Shown: positions 10,331 to 20,960 of the stretch, piece after piece
Layout of the letters: every line of letters begins with the position of its first letter
Position numbering within the stretch: position 1 is the first letter of the stretch
Notes under the pieces: model-generated
Seen by the model: the letters and a program-made list of their open reading frames with translations, nothing else
Told to the model about the DNA's origin: nothing
The model's database searches: none
Program-made: the position numbers and the translations under genes
NCBI GenBank assembly: GCA_965198005.1
Contig: CBDAOI010000003.1
Span: 64,001 to 128,000, forward strand
DNA length: 64,000 nucleotides
DNA from: Spirochaetia bacterium
GTDB taxonomy: Bacteria; Spirochaetota; Spirochaetia; SZUA-6; Bin103
Direction of reading: 5' to 3'

Positions 10331-10842
10331 ATGCTATGGAAATCGCGGTCAACTTGATCGCGCTTCACGGTGGCGAGCTGGTTGGCCGGACGCGTTTTCA
10401 GAAACGAGCCTATCTTCTTCACCGTTGCGGCGCGAGTTTCACGTCGAAGTTCGTCTACCATCACTACGGGCCCTACTCATTCGATCTCGCCGATGGTTTG
10501 ACCGATGCACGTGCGGAGGGACGGATCGAGATCGAGGAGCAGCCGGGACGTTACGGCATCCGGTATGCAATCTTCAGACTCAAGGGGGATCTCCCTCAGC
10601 CGCAACAGCTCGGCGAACTGCCGGTCAGCGCTGCCCACAGGTTTCTGAAGATCATGAAAGAGGAGGCCTCGGACATCGTCCTGGAGATCGCGGCTACCAT
10701 CGTTTTCTTACGTGATGAGGGAGGCTACGGGAGTCAAGCCGTGGAGGAGACAAGGGTCCGCAAACCTCTCAAGGCAACGGCGCAACGCATCGACAAAGCA
10801 TGCTCCCTGCTTCGCCGGCTTGGCTTGGATACGATCGCCTGA
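10327..10842 (+). CDS. YwgA/SocA-like winged-helix protein (putative antitoxin)
   Basis: GRTRFQKRAYLL...F.YHHYGPYS.DL...LEIAATIVFL motif. Confidence 0.75.
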   Translation: MNAMEIAVNLIALHGGELVGRTRFQKRAYLLHRCGASFTSKFVYHHYGPYSFDLADGLTDARAEGRIEIEEQPGRYGIRYAIFRLKGDLPQPQQLGELPVSAAHRFLKIMKEEASDIVLEIAATIVFLRDEGGYGSQAVEETRVRKPLKATAQRIDKACSLLRRLGLDTIA

Positions 10843-11160
10843 TGACGGTTGTTCGTTCGACGGCAAGGCGGGTGACTCCTGTTGTCCGGTCGCAACGCTC
10901 GTTCCATGGGCATTTGGAGCAGGATGACCCGTCTAGGAGTTGGCACTTGGACAGTCTTGTTGGCTGCTCATCCTCGGACTCATCAGCGGGGGTTTTCGCC
11001 TGTCCGAGGCCGCGGGCCGCCTGTATCTCTGTCGGTCGGCGCGCATCTTGTTGAGCCCACGCCGTATGAGGGCAACGGCTTGGCGAATATGCGGTGTTCT
11101 GGCCAGCGTGCAGTTCTCGTCGTAGCTTAGCCCCAGCGCGACCCCACCGGTCGATCCACA

Positions 11161-12145
11161 CCAGTCGGGCGGCTCCCCGTCGCGCGTCCTCAAGCCGTCC
11201 GCATGGTCGAACCTCAGCACGACCGCACCGTCGCGCTTTGCCATCGACCGATATGATGGGCCGGAGTACACCAAGCCCGGTTGGCCATGCGTCTTGGCCA
11301 GTGCCCACAGCGACAACCTCCGGCCGACCTCCTGCTTGTTCGTCGGGTGGATGTCGCCGACGTTGCCGATGTCGTTGGTCACGGCCATGCCGGTATTCCG
11401 GATCGATAGGGCTGCCGTTTGGGCCTCCCAGATCTCGGGCAGCTTGTACGGTCTCACGTCCAGGCCGAACCTGCTCGCAAGCGCGCGCCAGTAGTCCGGA
11501 CTCACGTCCAGGCCAAGCCTGCTCACCAGTCCACTACGCCAGGTGTAATCGAACGGGGCGAGCTGGACGTAGTAGAACGGAAAGTCGCCCTGGTCCCAGA
11601 CCTCGCGCCAACCGCCAATGAGCGCGTGCATCTTGTCCTTCGCCCTGATACCAGAGCGCCCCACGGATCGCGAACGGCACGAGCGGATGGATCATCCCGT
11701 TGTACAGGGCGGTCGGCTGTGTCTCCTGCGCCAGCGGATGGGCGCTCGCCGGAATCGGCATGATGGGTCCGCCGCTCTCCAGCGCCGCGCGCGTGCTCGC
11801 CACCCAGGCTTCTACCGACTCCAGCGTCGGCGGGCAGCTGCTCCCGGTAGCTCGCGTCGGTAGCGAGCGCGTAGTCGGCCATCGGACCAAGCCCGTCGAC
11901 CGAACGGAAGCCGGCAGGCGGCGTCCACGGCTCGATCTTGGTGCCGCCCCAGGCGGACGCGATCAATCCGACCGGCACGTTCAAGGCGGAGTGGAGCTCG
12001 CGTCCGAAGTAGTAGCAGACCGCCGAGAACGTCGCGATGGTTTCGGGAGAAGTGGGCTGCCAGTGAGCCGCCGCCGCCATCACCGGCCACTCCATGTTGG
12101 ACTGACCGGAGCACAGCCACACCTCCCCGTAGAGCACGTCCGTCA
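11161..12145 (-). pseudogene. Sialate O-acetylesterase, internally deleted and frameshifted
   Basis: [45 protein letters not shown] and DIHPTNKQEVGRRL spread over three frames. Confidence 0.85.
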
Positions 12146-12152
12146 GTTCGCG

Positions 12153-12240
12153 CATGCAGCCCAACCACCCGTCGTCTCGCGCTGCGGGCGGCGGCGGGAC
12201 GACCTGCGCGCCGGGCTTACCGAGTCGCGTCACCAGCACC
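12153..12240 (-). pseudogene. Phd/YefM-like antitoxin fragment (third copy)
   Basis: [29 protein letters not shown], similar to 6465-6553 and 25347-25435. Confidence 0.6.
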
Positions 12241-12261
12241 GGTGGCCGGGGCCGGGGACTT

Positions 12262-12478
12262 GGCCGAGGAGGCCGACGTGGGGGCGCTGCATTGCCCGAG
12301 CTGCGGCGGCCGCTGAAGGGCGCGGTTCCATCTGGCCGGCATCCTGGACGACTGCCTGCTAGCCGACCTCACCCCCGAGTCGCGCTGGGCACGGTGTTCG
12401 CGCCAAGGCGCGCGGCGCCCTCAACCTGCGCCAACGCGACCCCCAGGGCTGCGACCTGGACCACTTCGTGCTGTTCCC
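12262..12478 (+). pseudogene. Type I PKS ketoreductase-domain fragment
   Basis: Frameshifted pieces [33 protein letters not shown] and CDLDHFVLF. Confidence 0.65.
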
Positions 12479-12685
12479 CGTCGATCGCCTCGACGCTCGG
12501 GAAACCCGGCCAGATCAACTACAGCGCCGCGTCGACTACGCCATGCGTGCCATGGCCGGCCGCGACTACCTGATCACCGCCCTGTTCCAACGCCCGCCGT
12601 GGACGGTCGACTCACCCGACTACCGGCGCACCGGCCGGATGCACCCCGCTGACTCCACTGGCCGACCGTTCGCGCGCCGCCGAAG

Positions 12686-12836
12686 TCGTGATAGGATATA
12701 CACCCTACAGGGGCCTCAAACGAGATCAAGGACGTGGCGGACCTGCACTATAGGACTTCCTGACTTTGTCAACTACCGCGGTGGTGACCCATCCAAGGTC
12801 GTCCCCAAGGCGGGACGGCGTCGTAAGGGGAATTGA
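12686..12836 (+). pseudogene. Remnant of the gene preceding the methyltransferase (possibly EcoRV-type endonuclease C-terminus)
   Basis: ...LPDFVNYRGGDPSKVVPKAGRRRKGN* with TTGA overlap to the MTase start; lower GC. Confidence 0.4.
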
Positions 12837-13062
12837 CTTTGGGAATACAAGTCCCGCCCATCAAGTGTCAGGGCACAAAAACCAAGCGGGTACCGACTAT
12901 TCTACGTGAGATCAAGCGTGATCCGGATACGCTCTGGATAGAGCCGTTCCTTGGTTCCGGAGTGGTGGCCCTGAACGTCGCGCCAAAGCACGCATTGCTT
13001 GCTGACAACGACGGTGAGATCGGAAGAGCAACTAATGCTCTTCGAACGGGCCGAGCGGTATC
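12833..13062 (+). pseudogene. M.EcoRV-like methyltransferase copy 1, most of the gene deleted
   Basis: The 5' part of 23792-24784 is joined almost directly to its 3' end (atcggaagagcaactaatgctcttcg). Confidence 0.9.
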
Positions 13063-13411
13063 CTGGATATACCGAGCAGCGTGTTTCTTGAATATGACGG
13101 ACGAACGAATCCAGTGTAGTCATTGCGGACGACGGGAAGGGACGTTGCAATGAAGACAGACGCGACCGAGGCCGTTACGACCCAATACGAGCTCGCTGGC
13201 TCGTTCATCGACCACGACTATAGCGCCAAGCTCACCATGCTCCTTCCAGCCAGCCTCCCGAGAACAGGTCGGAAAGGGGATGGTTCTTCGGGACGTCCGC
13301 GAAGTGCGGGACGTCGGCCAGCGGGCTGATCGCCTGTACCATGAGGCTGGCGCTGTCGGTGATCACCGTGCTGGCGGCTGATCCTGATGTTCTCGCTGCT
13401 GCGGTTTGGGA

Positions 13412-14289
13412 GACACATAATTCGTTACCTTAAAACAAGTTAAATGCTTTACGGAACATGCTCCGGTCGGGGCTATGGCGGCGTGTCAATAGCCGCGGTA
13501 TACTATGTCCCATAGAGGGCCCCAGGTTACGTGGATGCAACGTTACCTTATAGTAGTAACAAAAGGCCAGTTACCTGCGATCCCGGAGCGGTTTGAGCGC
13601 AGACACGTCAAGCTCAGCGGCGGAAATGCCTGTGTCGTTGCCGACGACTCCGCTACCACGGAGGAACTGTCAAGACTTTTCGGCTTTACCGCCGAAGAAC
13701 AGAACGCACTGTTGGGTGTCGTTGTGAAGCTGGAGTACTTCAGCGGCACAGATGTTGGGGAAGTCGTGGACAAATTACGATCTCTGAGCGACTTATGATC
13801 GATAAGGCAGGGTTCACCACGGACGTTACGCCGTTCTCAGGGGGGCCAGAGGAAGGACGCGTGCCAGAACTGGTTCACCGCTGTTCTGGAGAATATTGAG
13901 GCATGGCGATTAGGGCCGGTGGTTCGCGAAGTATGGCACGAGTGCAAAGAATTCGGCGCCGCGGATCTGCCGGGGGAAGAGGAGGAATAATAGCACTTCC
14001 TAGCATGGCGAGATACTTCTACAAAGTAAACTCATGAGTGACAAGAGCGCTGGCGAGGAACAGGAGAGCGGTCCGCCGTCGCAACGAAGAGCTTGGCATG
14101 ACCGCCGAGCTATCTTCGAAGAGCGTCGCTTGCTCTGATGAACAACGGCAATATTCGTGCCGTCTGGAAGGCGGAAGATTCGAGCCACCTCGGCATCCAC
14201 TTCCTCGGTGACGGAGAAGTTCAGTATGTGATTTTCAAACTTCGTACGTACGCCAGAAGGGTTTCGCGGGTAGCGGGTATCGACACTCT
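13412..14289 (+). repeat. Block duplicated at ~19725-20604
   Basis: Direct match from gacacataattcgttacc to ggtatcgacactct with scattered substitutions and indels. Confidence 0.93.
13505..13798 (+). CDS. Hypothetical protein, 97 aa (copy 1)
   Basis: Intact ORF directly after a TATACT box; conserved in the second copy at 19818. Confidence 0.65.
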   Translation: MSHRGPQVTWMQRYLIVVTKGQLPAIPERFERRHVKLSGGNACVVADDSATTEELSRLFGFTAEEQNALLGVVVKLEYFSGTDVGEVVDKLRSLSDL

Positions 14290-14640
14290 TGAGGACGGCA
14301 CACCAGATCGCATCCTTAGATTCTCGAATAAAACGCTTCTGGCGAGTTACCACGAACGATGGACGCTTCGAGCGCCGCAGCCGTGACATCGCTGTGGCAC
14401 TAGCGGTATATCGACCGCTTGAAACGACGTTACGGAAAGACTTCGACGGTCTGTCAGACGAATTGATTGCCCACTTGACCGGTTTCTCGCATCGCAACGA
14501 AGGAGTTGGCGCCGCTCCGGCAATATCGCCGGGTGTTGTTTCAGACGGTGAGTCTCTACTCCGCGAGATGTTCAACCCGGAGCACGTCAGGGATGGAATA
14601 GTGATCGAACGGGCGGTTTCGGTGGACGATCTCCGCTCTC
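14287..14640 (+). pseudogene. Deletion mosaic of four pieces of 20721-23335
   Basis: Consecutive matches to 20721-20737, 22073-22125, 22651-22762 and 23158-23335. Confidence 0.9.
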
Positions 14641-14891
14641 AGCGTAGCGGACGGATCGCGCGCTCTCTCTCCGGGAACCGATCCACCTGATCGGGGTGGA
14701 GTTCAGCCGCGAGACGCGCAACGTGACGGCGTTCGAGGTGGCCGCCGGCTGAACCGGGATCGGCGGGCGCGGCACCGTCGGCCCCCGGCGCCACGACCCG
14801 CGCGCGCAGCTTGCAGGGAGCGGCGGTTGCGGAGTTGGGGGAATCTTCCACCATGGGTGCATGCGAATGCTGATCGTGGCCGGCGGGGGCC

Positions 14892-15100
14892 ATGGCTGAA
14901 TCGCGGGCGGCCGGCGCCGGCCTGCCCGACCCGCTGCCGGAGGGGAAGGTCGATCCGCGGGTGCTGGCGCCGCTGCTGCCCTCCGGCGACGGCGTCACAC
15001 CCGGCGGGGTGCTGATCGGCGCCGCGGTGGGCGAGGACGCGGCGGTGGTTACCGGCGCGGAACGGCTGGTGCTTACCAGTGACCCGATTACGTTCGCCGG
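14892..15100 (+). pseudogene. AIR synthase/HypE-family N-terminal fragment
   Basis: LPEGKVDP..L...VLIGAAVGEDAAVV...LVLTSDPITFA. Confidence 0.75.
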
Positions 15101-15174
15101 CAGCACCATAGGTCCGACTGGACGCGACGCGACTGTGGGGCTACCTTGGTGGCCGGGGGTTGGGGAGCTTATCC

Positions 15175-15873
15175 ATGCGGGCAAGCCGGGAAACGGTACC
15201 ATCACTTGGTGACGATGATCTGGTCGATCTGCTCGGCAGGCGCCTGCCCGCCCTGCTCGAACGTCGCCCGGATCTTGAGCCGACGCTGTTCCGAGCGTTT
15301 CTGAAGACCTTCGCACGCCGCGAAGAGGTGGCCCTGGTGCTGGCCGAGTTGCGGGCGTTGCGTGCCGAGATGGACCGGCGCTTCGAGCAAGTGGACCGGC
15401 GCTTCGAGCAAGTGGACGAACGCTTTGACCAAGTGGACCGGCGCTTCGAGCAGATGGACCGGCGCTTCGAGCAGATGGACCAAGGCTTCGTCGAGGTTAA
15501 GCGCTCGATCGACCGGCTGGGGTCGCGTTGGGGCATCCGCAACGAAAGCCTGTTTCGACAGACCATCGCCTCTATCCTGGAGCAGTCGTTCGGCGTCAGC
15601 GTCGAGCAGCGCGCCATCGGCGGCGAACAGTTCGATGTCCTGATCCATGATCATCAACACATTCTCGTCGAGATCGCCGCCAGCGTCGGGCCCACGATTC
15701 TGGCCCGGCTGGAACGCAAGCGCCGCCTGTACGAGGAGGCTGCCGGCGTGGTCCCGGCGCGCGTCATCCTGGCCACCGCGTCGATCCACAGCCGCCGCGC
15801 TCAGCAACTGCGGCAGGCCGGCATCGAGGTCATCGAACCGGAAGAAACCGATCCCACCGCGGAGTCAGCGTAG
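15175..15873 (+). CDS. Coiled-coil heptad-repeat protein with PD-(D/E)XK-like C-terminus (DUF3782-like), copy 1, 5 heptads
   Basis: (M/V)DRRFEQ repeats, LGSRWGIRNE.LFR, FDVLI...ILVEI. Confidence 0.85.
   Translation: MRASRETVPSLGDDDLVDLLGRRLPALLERRPDLEPTLFRAFLKTFARREEVALVLAELRALRAEMDRRFEQVDRRFEQVDERFDQVDRRFEQMDRRFEQMDQGFVEVKRSIDRLGSRWGIRNESLFRQTIASILEQSFGVSVEQRAIGGEQFDVLIHDHQHILVEIAASVGPTILARLERKRRLYEEAAGVVPARVILATASIHSRRAQQLRQAGIEVIEPEETDPTAESA
15370..15474 (+). repeat. 21-bp tandem repeat x5
   Basis: Unit approximately rtggaccggcgcttcgagcar. Confidence 0.95.
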
Positions 15874-15997
15874 CGGACAGATCGCGCGCGCTTTCTCCGG
15901 GTGCAGGATCGAACAAGCGCTAAAGCCCTACACGCGTAAGCCGGCCCTTGGGAATTCTAGGGCTTGTAGACCCAACCCCTTGAGAGCGCCAGATCTC

Positions 15998-16447
15998 TCA
16001 GGAACAATCCGATTTTCTTGTTTCCAGTGATACTTCTACTATAATCGTCTGACCATTCGCTGACCACTCCATCTCAATAGTCCCTCGTGGTGTTGGAAAA
16101 ACAGACGGCGCCGGTGTTTCTGCAGAGTAGCATTCGAGGAAACTGTTTGACAGCCAAATGAGACCACTCTCCGAAGGGGGCACACTATCCGCGAAGGACG
16201 CAATCCTGGCAGCTGCTTTTTTCGCGCTTCCTACCGGCGCGAAATAGTAGTCATCCCTCTGAATACCGTCAGTCTGTAACGGTTCTTTACTTGTCCATTG
16301 GATTTTCGAAACGCCCGAACGAGTCGACGTTGCGATAGATAGGTTGCAACACGTGACCATTGGCTCTTCAATTGGAGCAATCAGATAATTGGGCAACCTA
16401 CCATTCCGAGCGATCTCTGTCGCGTTCATTCTGGGCTGCTCAGTCAT
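15998..16447 (-). CDS. Hypothetical protein, putative antitoxin-like (PSVFPTPRGTIEMEW motif); possibly internally deleted
   Basis: Lower-GC ORF sharing a P...P..G.I..W motif with 22634 and 27778. Confidence 0.55.
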   Translation of the reverse strand: MTEQPRMNATEIARNGRLPNYLIAPIEEPMVTCCNLSIATSTRSGVSKIQWTSKEPLQTDGIQRDDYYFAPVGSAKKAAARIASFADSVPPSESGLIWLSNSFLECYSAETPAPSVFPTPRGTIEMEWSANGQTIIVEVSLETRKSDCS

Positions 16448-16593
16448 GTGCCGTTCTCCTGGCGCGCCTCGGCTTTCTCCACAAGAGAAATGTGTTGCTG
16501 TAACCAGTGCACGAGGTTACGGGCCATGGGCACGTCAAGTAGTAGCTCAACCTGCTGGCGTCGGGAGCCCTGCTGTTTACCGCTCCGCCGGAG

Positions 16594-16788
16594 GTGGCGC
16601 GCGCCGCGGTTGCGGCGCTGCAGGCGGCCGGTACTGCAGCCACCAGGATCGGCACGGTGCGGACTGGAGGCGGCGTCACGGTGCGCGCCGGCTCGCGCCG
16701 CACGCCCCTGCGGAGCTTCCCCCAGGACGAGATCTCGCGTCTCCCTCGCAGGTCACGCGGCGCGGCGCCGGACGGGTTGAGGCAGTAG
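16594..16788 (+). pseudogene. AIR synthase/HypE-family C-terminal fragment
   Basis: AVAALQAAGTAATRIGTV...FPQDEISRL. Confidence 0.65.
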
Positions 16789-16878
16789 ACCGGGATGGTC
16801 GGCGCCTCAGCGCCAGCCGACTGGACGCGACGCGACTGTGGGGCTACCTTGTTGGCCGGGGGTCGGGGGAGCTTATCC

Positions 16879-17535
16879 ATGCGGGCAAGCCGGGAAACGG
16901 TACCATCACTTGGTGACGATGATCTGGTCGATCTGCTCGGCAGGCGCCTGCCCGCCCTGCTCGAACGTCGCCCGGATCTTGAGCCGACGCTGTTCCGAGC
17001 GTTTCTGAAGACCTTCGCACGCCGCGAAGAGGTGGCCCTGGTGCTGGCCGAGTTGCGGGCGTTGCGTGCCGAGATGGACCGGCGCTTCGAGCAAGTGGAC
17101 CGGCGCTTCGAGCAAATGGACCAGCGCTTCGAGCAGATGGACCAAGGCTTCGTCGAGGTTAAGCGCTCGATCGACCGGCTGGGGTCGCGTTGGGGCATCC
17201 GCAACGAAAGCCTGTTTCGACAGACCATCGCCTCTATCCTGGAGCAGTCGTTCGGCGTCAGCGTCGAGCAGCGCGCCATCGGCGGCGAACAGTTCGATGT
17301 CCTGATCCATGATCATCAACACATTCTCGTCGAGATCGCCGCCAGCGTCGGGCCCACGATTCTGGCCCGGCTGGAACGCAAGCGCCGCCTGTACGAGGAG
17401 GCTGCCGGCGTGGTCCCGGCGCGCGTCATCCTGGCCACCGCGTCGATCCACAGCCGCCGCGCTCAGCAACTGCGGCAGGCCGGCATCGAGGTCATCGAAC
17501 CGGAAGAAACCGATCCCACCGCGGAGTCAGCGTAG
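16879..17535 (+). CDS. DUF3782-like coiled-coil protein, copy 2, 3 heptads
   Basis: Same as copy 1 apart from the repeat tract. Confidence 0.85.
   Translation: MRASRETVPSLGDDDLVDLLGRRLPALLERRPDLEPTLFRAFLKTFARREEVALVLAELRALRAEMDRRFEQVDRRFEQMDQRFEQMDQGFVEVKRSIDRLGSRWGIRNESLFRQTIASILEQSFGVSVEQRAIGGEQFDVLIHDHQHILVEIAASVGPTILARLERKRRLYEEAAGVVPARVILATASIHSRRAQQLRQAGIEVIEPEETDPTAESA
17074..17136 (+). repeat. 21-bp tandem repeat x3
   Basis: MDRRFEQ VDRRFEQ MDQRFEQ. Confidence 0.93.
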
Positions 17536-18342
17536 CGGACAGTTCGCGCGCGCTTTCTCCGGGTGCAGAATCGAACAAGCGCTAAAGCTCTACACGCGTA
17601 AGCCGGCCCTTGGGAATTCCAGGGCTTGTAGACCCAAGAATAGCTGCCGGGGCCCGCTGGGGCCGGGCTCAGGCATGAGCGTCCCAGGCCGTAACCAAGG
17701 CGGCAAACGCTGCGCGTCGCGTCCAAGACGGTCCCAATATGGGGAACCTAGTAGTACAGGCGCTTGCAACCCAGCACGACGTGCTGGTTAAGATCGCGTC
17801 CGACGTGGGGACTCCCAAGACCGACGCAGGGAAGCTGATAGACCACTTTGGATTGGTGAGCGGAGAGACGCCATGAGTGACCTTACTGCTTCTCTGGATG
17901 GTCGTCTGTAGTCGAAGTCGTAGGGTAAGTCTCCAATACACTCTCAACTAGCGCAGCAGCCACTTCAAACTGTCGTTCCGCTTCGTTCGGCATCCCTTCC
18001 AATGGCACGCCGTCCTCTAGTCTAGAACCACCTACGTATGTGAGGACGTGATGAGCTGCTTCGAGGCAATCCATTCGCAATCTTCTGATGCTTGGACCGT
18101 TGGACCAGGGCACGGGGTCTCCTTGGTAGCGGCATGATTGACTCCTCCCCACGCGCTATAGCGCGCACGACACAATATACTGGCCGGGTATAGCCGTCAA
18201 ACAGATTCGACAGATTCAACAGATTCGTTACCGGGCCATCTATTTCTATAGCATATAGCAACTTGCATAAACATGTCAAGGGTCGGGGCGGCCCGCCGGT
18301 CAGGCCGAATGGCGAAATTCGGCAAGTCGCGCCATCAGCGTT

Positions 18343-19125
18343 GCGCCAAAGCACGCATTGCTTGCTGACAGCAATCCGCACCTGATCCGGTTCTATCGGG
18401 CCATCAAGGACGGTGAGGTGGATGGTCCTAGGACAAGGAGATTCCTTGAGCGCGAAGGACGGCACTTGGCGATTCGGGGACAGGATCACTACTACGATGT
18501 GCGAGATCGCTTCAACTCCGCTGGAGATCCGTTGGACTTCTTGTTCCTGAATCGCTCCTGCTTCAATGGACTTGTCCGATTCAATAAGCGAGGGGAATTC
18601 AATGTGCCATTCGGGCACAAGCCGAACAGGTTTGCACGAGCATACATTACAAAGATCGTCAATCAGATCGAGGCTTTCCGGATGGCGACCATCTTGTTCG
18701 ATTGGCGTTTCGCATGCCAGGACTACCGTATCACGATCCAGGAAGCTGCCGAGAGCGATTTCGTGTACTGTGATCCTCCCTATATCGGGCGGCACGTAGA
18801 CTACTATGACAGTTGGGATGAAGCATCGGAGAAGTCACTGCATAGCGAATTGCAGAGTACCGGATCGCGCTTCATGCTATCTACGTGGCACAGCAACGAG
18901 CATCGAGAGAATGGGTACTTACAGACCCTCTGGAAGGGACTTGAGATTGTCACTCAGGAACACTTCTACCATGTCGGCGCTCAGGAAACGAACCGAAAGC
19001 CGATGATCGAGGCGCTGGTGACAAACTACGTTGCCGTAGGTAGACGGGAGGAGTACCATAGATCGGAAGAGCAACTAATGCTCTTCGAACGGGCCGAGCG
19101 GTATCTGGCTCGTGAAACCGGATCG
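18343..19125 (+). pseudogene. M.EcoRV-like methyltransferase copy 2, 5'-truncated
   Basis: Matches ~23940-24721; lacks the start and the FxGxG motif; reads through into unrelated fragments to 19572. Confidence 0.9.
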
Positions 19126-19402
19126 GTACCGGATCGAGCACCGCTGCCGCAGTGGTTCCGGCTAGGTGCCGGGGAGAAGGAGGTTCTTGTACTGGGATTG
19201 GAAATCCGCGATGCGCGGCTGCTCCGGATGACCGGGACGCGCGGCGGTGTGCCACAGCGACCTCGCGGCGGTTGGTCGTCGGGCGAGGGTCGTTACGGTC
19301 CGTGTAATCAACGCCGTGGCCTTCCGAGGGATCCCAGTTCCCCGGCTCGCGCTCTCGCGGAGAGCCGGTCCGGCCCGACGACGATCAGTAGTCGGGGCGC
19401 GA

Positions 19403-19725
19403 CATTCAAGGGATACGTCATCAGGAGGCTGGCGCTGTCGGTGATCACCGTGGTGGCGGCTGATCCTGGTGTTCTCGCTGCTGCGGTTCACGCCCGGCAC
19501 CATCGTCGACGAATGAAGGTGCTGCGCCAAGTCTATATCAGGACGGGATCATCTTCATCCGCCACGCGCTGAAGAGCGCGCTGACCCCGGTGGTGACGGC
19601 GATCGGCCGCCAGTTCCTGCTGATGGTCGGCGGCTCAATGATCGTGGAGCGGATCTTCAGCCTGCCGGGAATGAGACGGCTCACGCTGCAGGCGATCCGG
19701 ACCCGCGACCACACGGTGGTGAGCG
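19403..19725 (+). pseudogene. DppB/OppB-type ABC permease, internally deleted (shorter remnants at ~13345-13405 and ~24857-24910)
   Basis: YVIRRLALSVITV...RHALKSALTPVVT...GGSMIVERIFSLPGM. Confidence 0.8.
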
Positions 19726-19817
19726 ACACATAATTCGTTACCTTAAAACAAGTTAGATGCTTTACGGAACATGCTCCGGTCGGGGCTATGGCGGCGTGTC
19801 AATAGCCGCGGTATACT

Positions 19818-20111
19818 ATGTCCCATAGAGGGCCCCAGGTTACGTGGATGCAACGTTACCTTATAGTAGTAACAAAAGGCCAGTTACCTGCGATCCCGGA
19901 GCGGTTTGAGCGCAGACACGTCAAGCTCAGCGGCGGGAATGCCTGTGTCGTTGCCGACGACTCCGCTACCACGGAGGAACTGTCAAGGCTTTTCGGCATT
20001 ACCGCCGAAGAACAGAACGCACTGTTGGGTGTCGTTGTGAAGCTGGAGTACTTCAGCGGCTCAGATGTCGGGGAAGTCGTGGACAAATTACGATATCTGA
20101 GCGACTTATGA
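19818..20111 (+). CDS. Hypothetical protein, 97 aa (copy 2)
   Basis: Three amino-acid differences from copy 1. Confidence 0.65.
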   Translation: MSHRGPQVTWMQRYLIVVTKGQLPAIPERFERRHVKLSGGNACVVADDSATTEELSRLFGITAEEQNALLGVVVKLEYFSGSDVGEVVDKLRYLSDL

Positions 20112-20349
20112 TCGATAAGGCAGGGTTCACCACGGACGTTACCCCGTTCTCAGGGGGGCCAGAGGAAGGCCGCGTGCCAGAACTGGTTCACCGCTGTTCC
20201 TGGAGAATATTGAGGCATGGCGATTAGGGCCGGTGGTTCGCGAAGTATGGCACGAGTGCAAAGAATTCGGCGCCGCGGATCTGCCGGGGGGAAGAGGAGG
20301 AATAATAGCACTTCCTAGCGTGGCGAGATACTTCTACCAAGTAAACTCA

Positions 20350-20662
20350 TGAGTGACAAGAGCGCTGGCGAGGAACAGGAGAGCGGTCCGTCGTCGCAAC
20401 GAAGAGCTTGGCATGACCGCCGAGCTATCTTCGAAGAGCGTCGCTTGCTCTGATGAACAACGGCAATATTCGTGCCGTCTGGAAGGCGGAAGATTCGAGC
20501 CACCTCGGCATCCACTTCCTCGGTGACGGAGAAGTTCAGTATGTGATTTTCAAACTTCGTACGTACGCCAGAAGGGTTTCGCGGGTAGCGGGTATCGACA
20601 CTCTCTCAGGGATCAAGAATCAGATCGCGGCGTTTGATCTCGTTTCTTTAATGTACCGATGA
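20350..20662 (+). pseudogene. Antitoxin-like hypothetical, deleted/frameshifted
   Basis: LMNNGNIRAVWKAEDSSHLGIHFLGDGEVQY; ATGA-coupled to the next ORF. Confidence 0.5.
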
Positions 20663-20960
20663 TTGGCCAAGCTCTTCCCGATACTGATGACGTTCTACGA
20701 TACGCAAAGTTCCGCGACATTCTTGAGGACGGCACACTGAATTGTTCTGCCTTCCAACGACGGCCACAAGGCTCCGGGCTGTACGCTAGGGAGATTGCGG
20801 TCAACTTGATCGCGCTTCACGACGGCGAGCTGGTTGGCCGGACGCGTCTACAGAAGCGAGCCTATCTACTGCACCGATGCGGCGCGGAGTTCACATTGAA
20901 CTTCGTCTATCCTTTTCTTACGTGATGAGGGAGGCTACGGGAGTCAAGCCGTGGAGGAGA
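20659..20960 (+). pseudogene. ART-like toxin N-terminus fused to a deleted second copy of the YwgA-like gene
   Basis: LPDTDDVLRY...CSAFQRRP, then EIAVNLIALHDGELVGRTRLQKRAYLL matching 10337 onward, then a jump to sequence matching ~10703-10750. Confidence 0.7.

Noticed and set aside
15370-15474. CRISPR array
   Set aside because: Contiguous in-frame 21-bp coding repeats without spacers; no cas genes.
17640-18150. Two convergent lower-GC ORF fragments
   Set aside because: No recognisable motif or convincing start; left unannotated.
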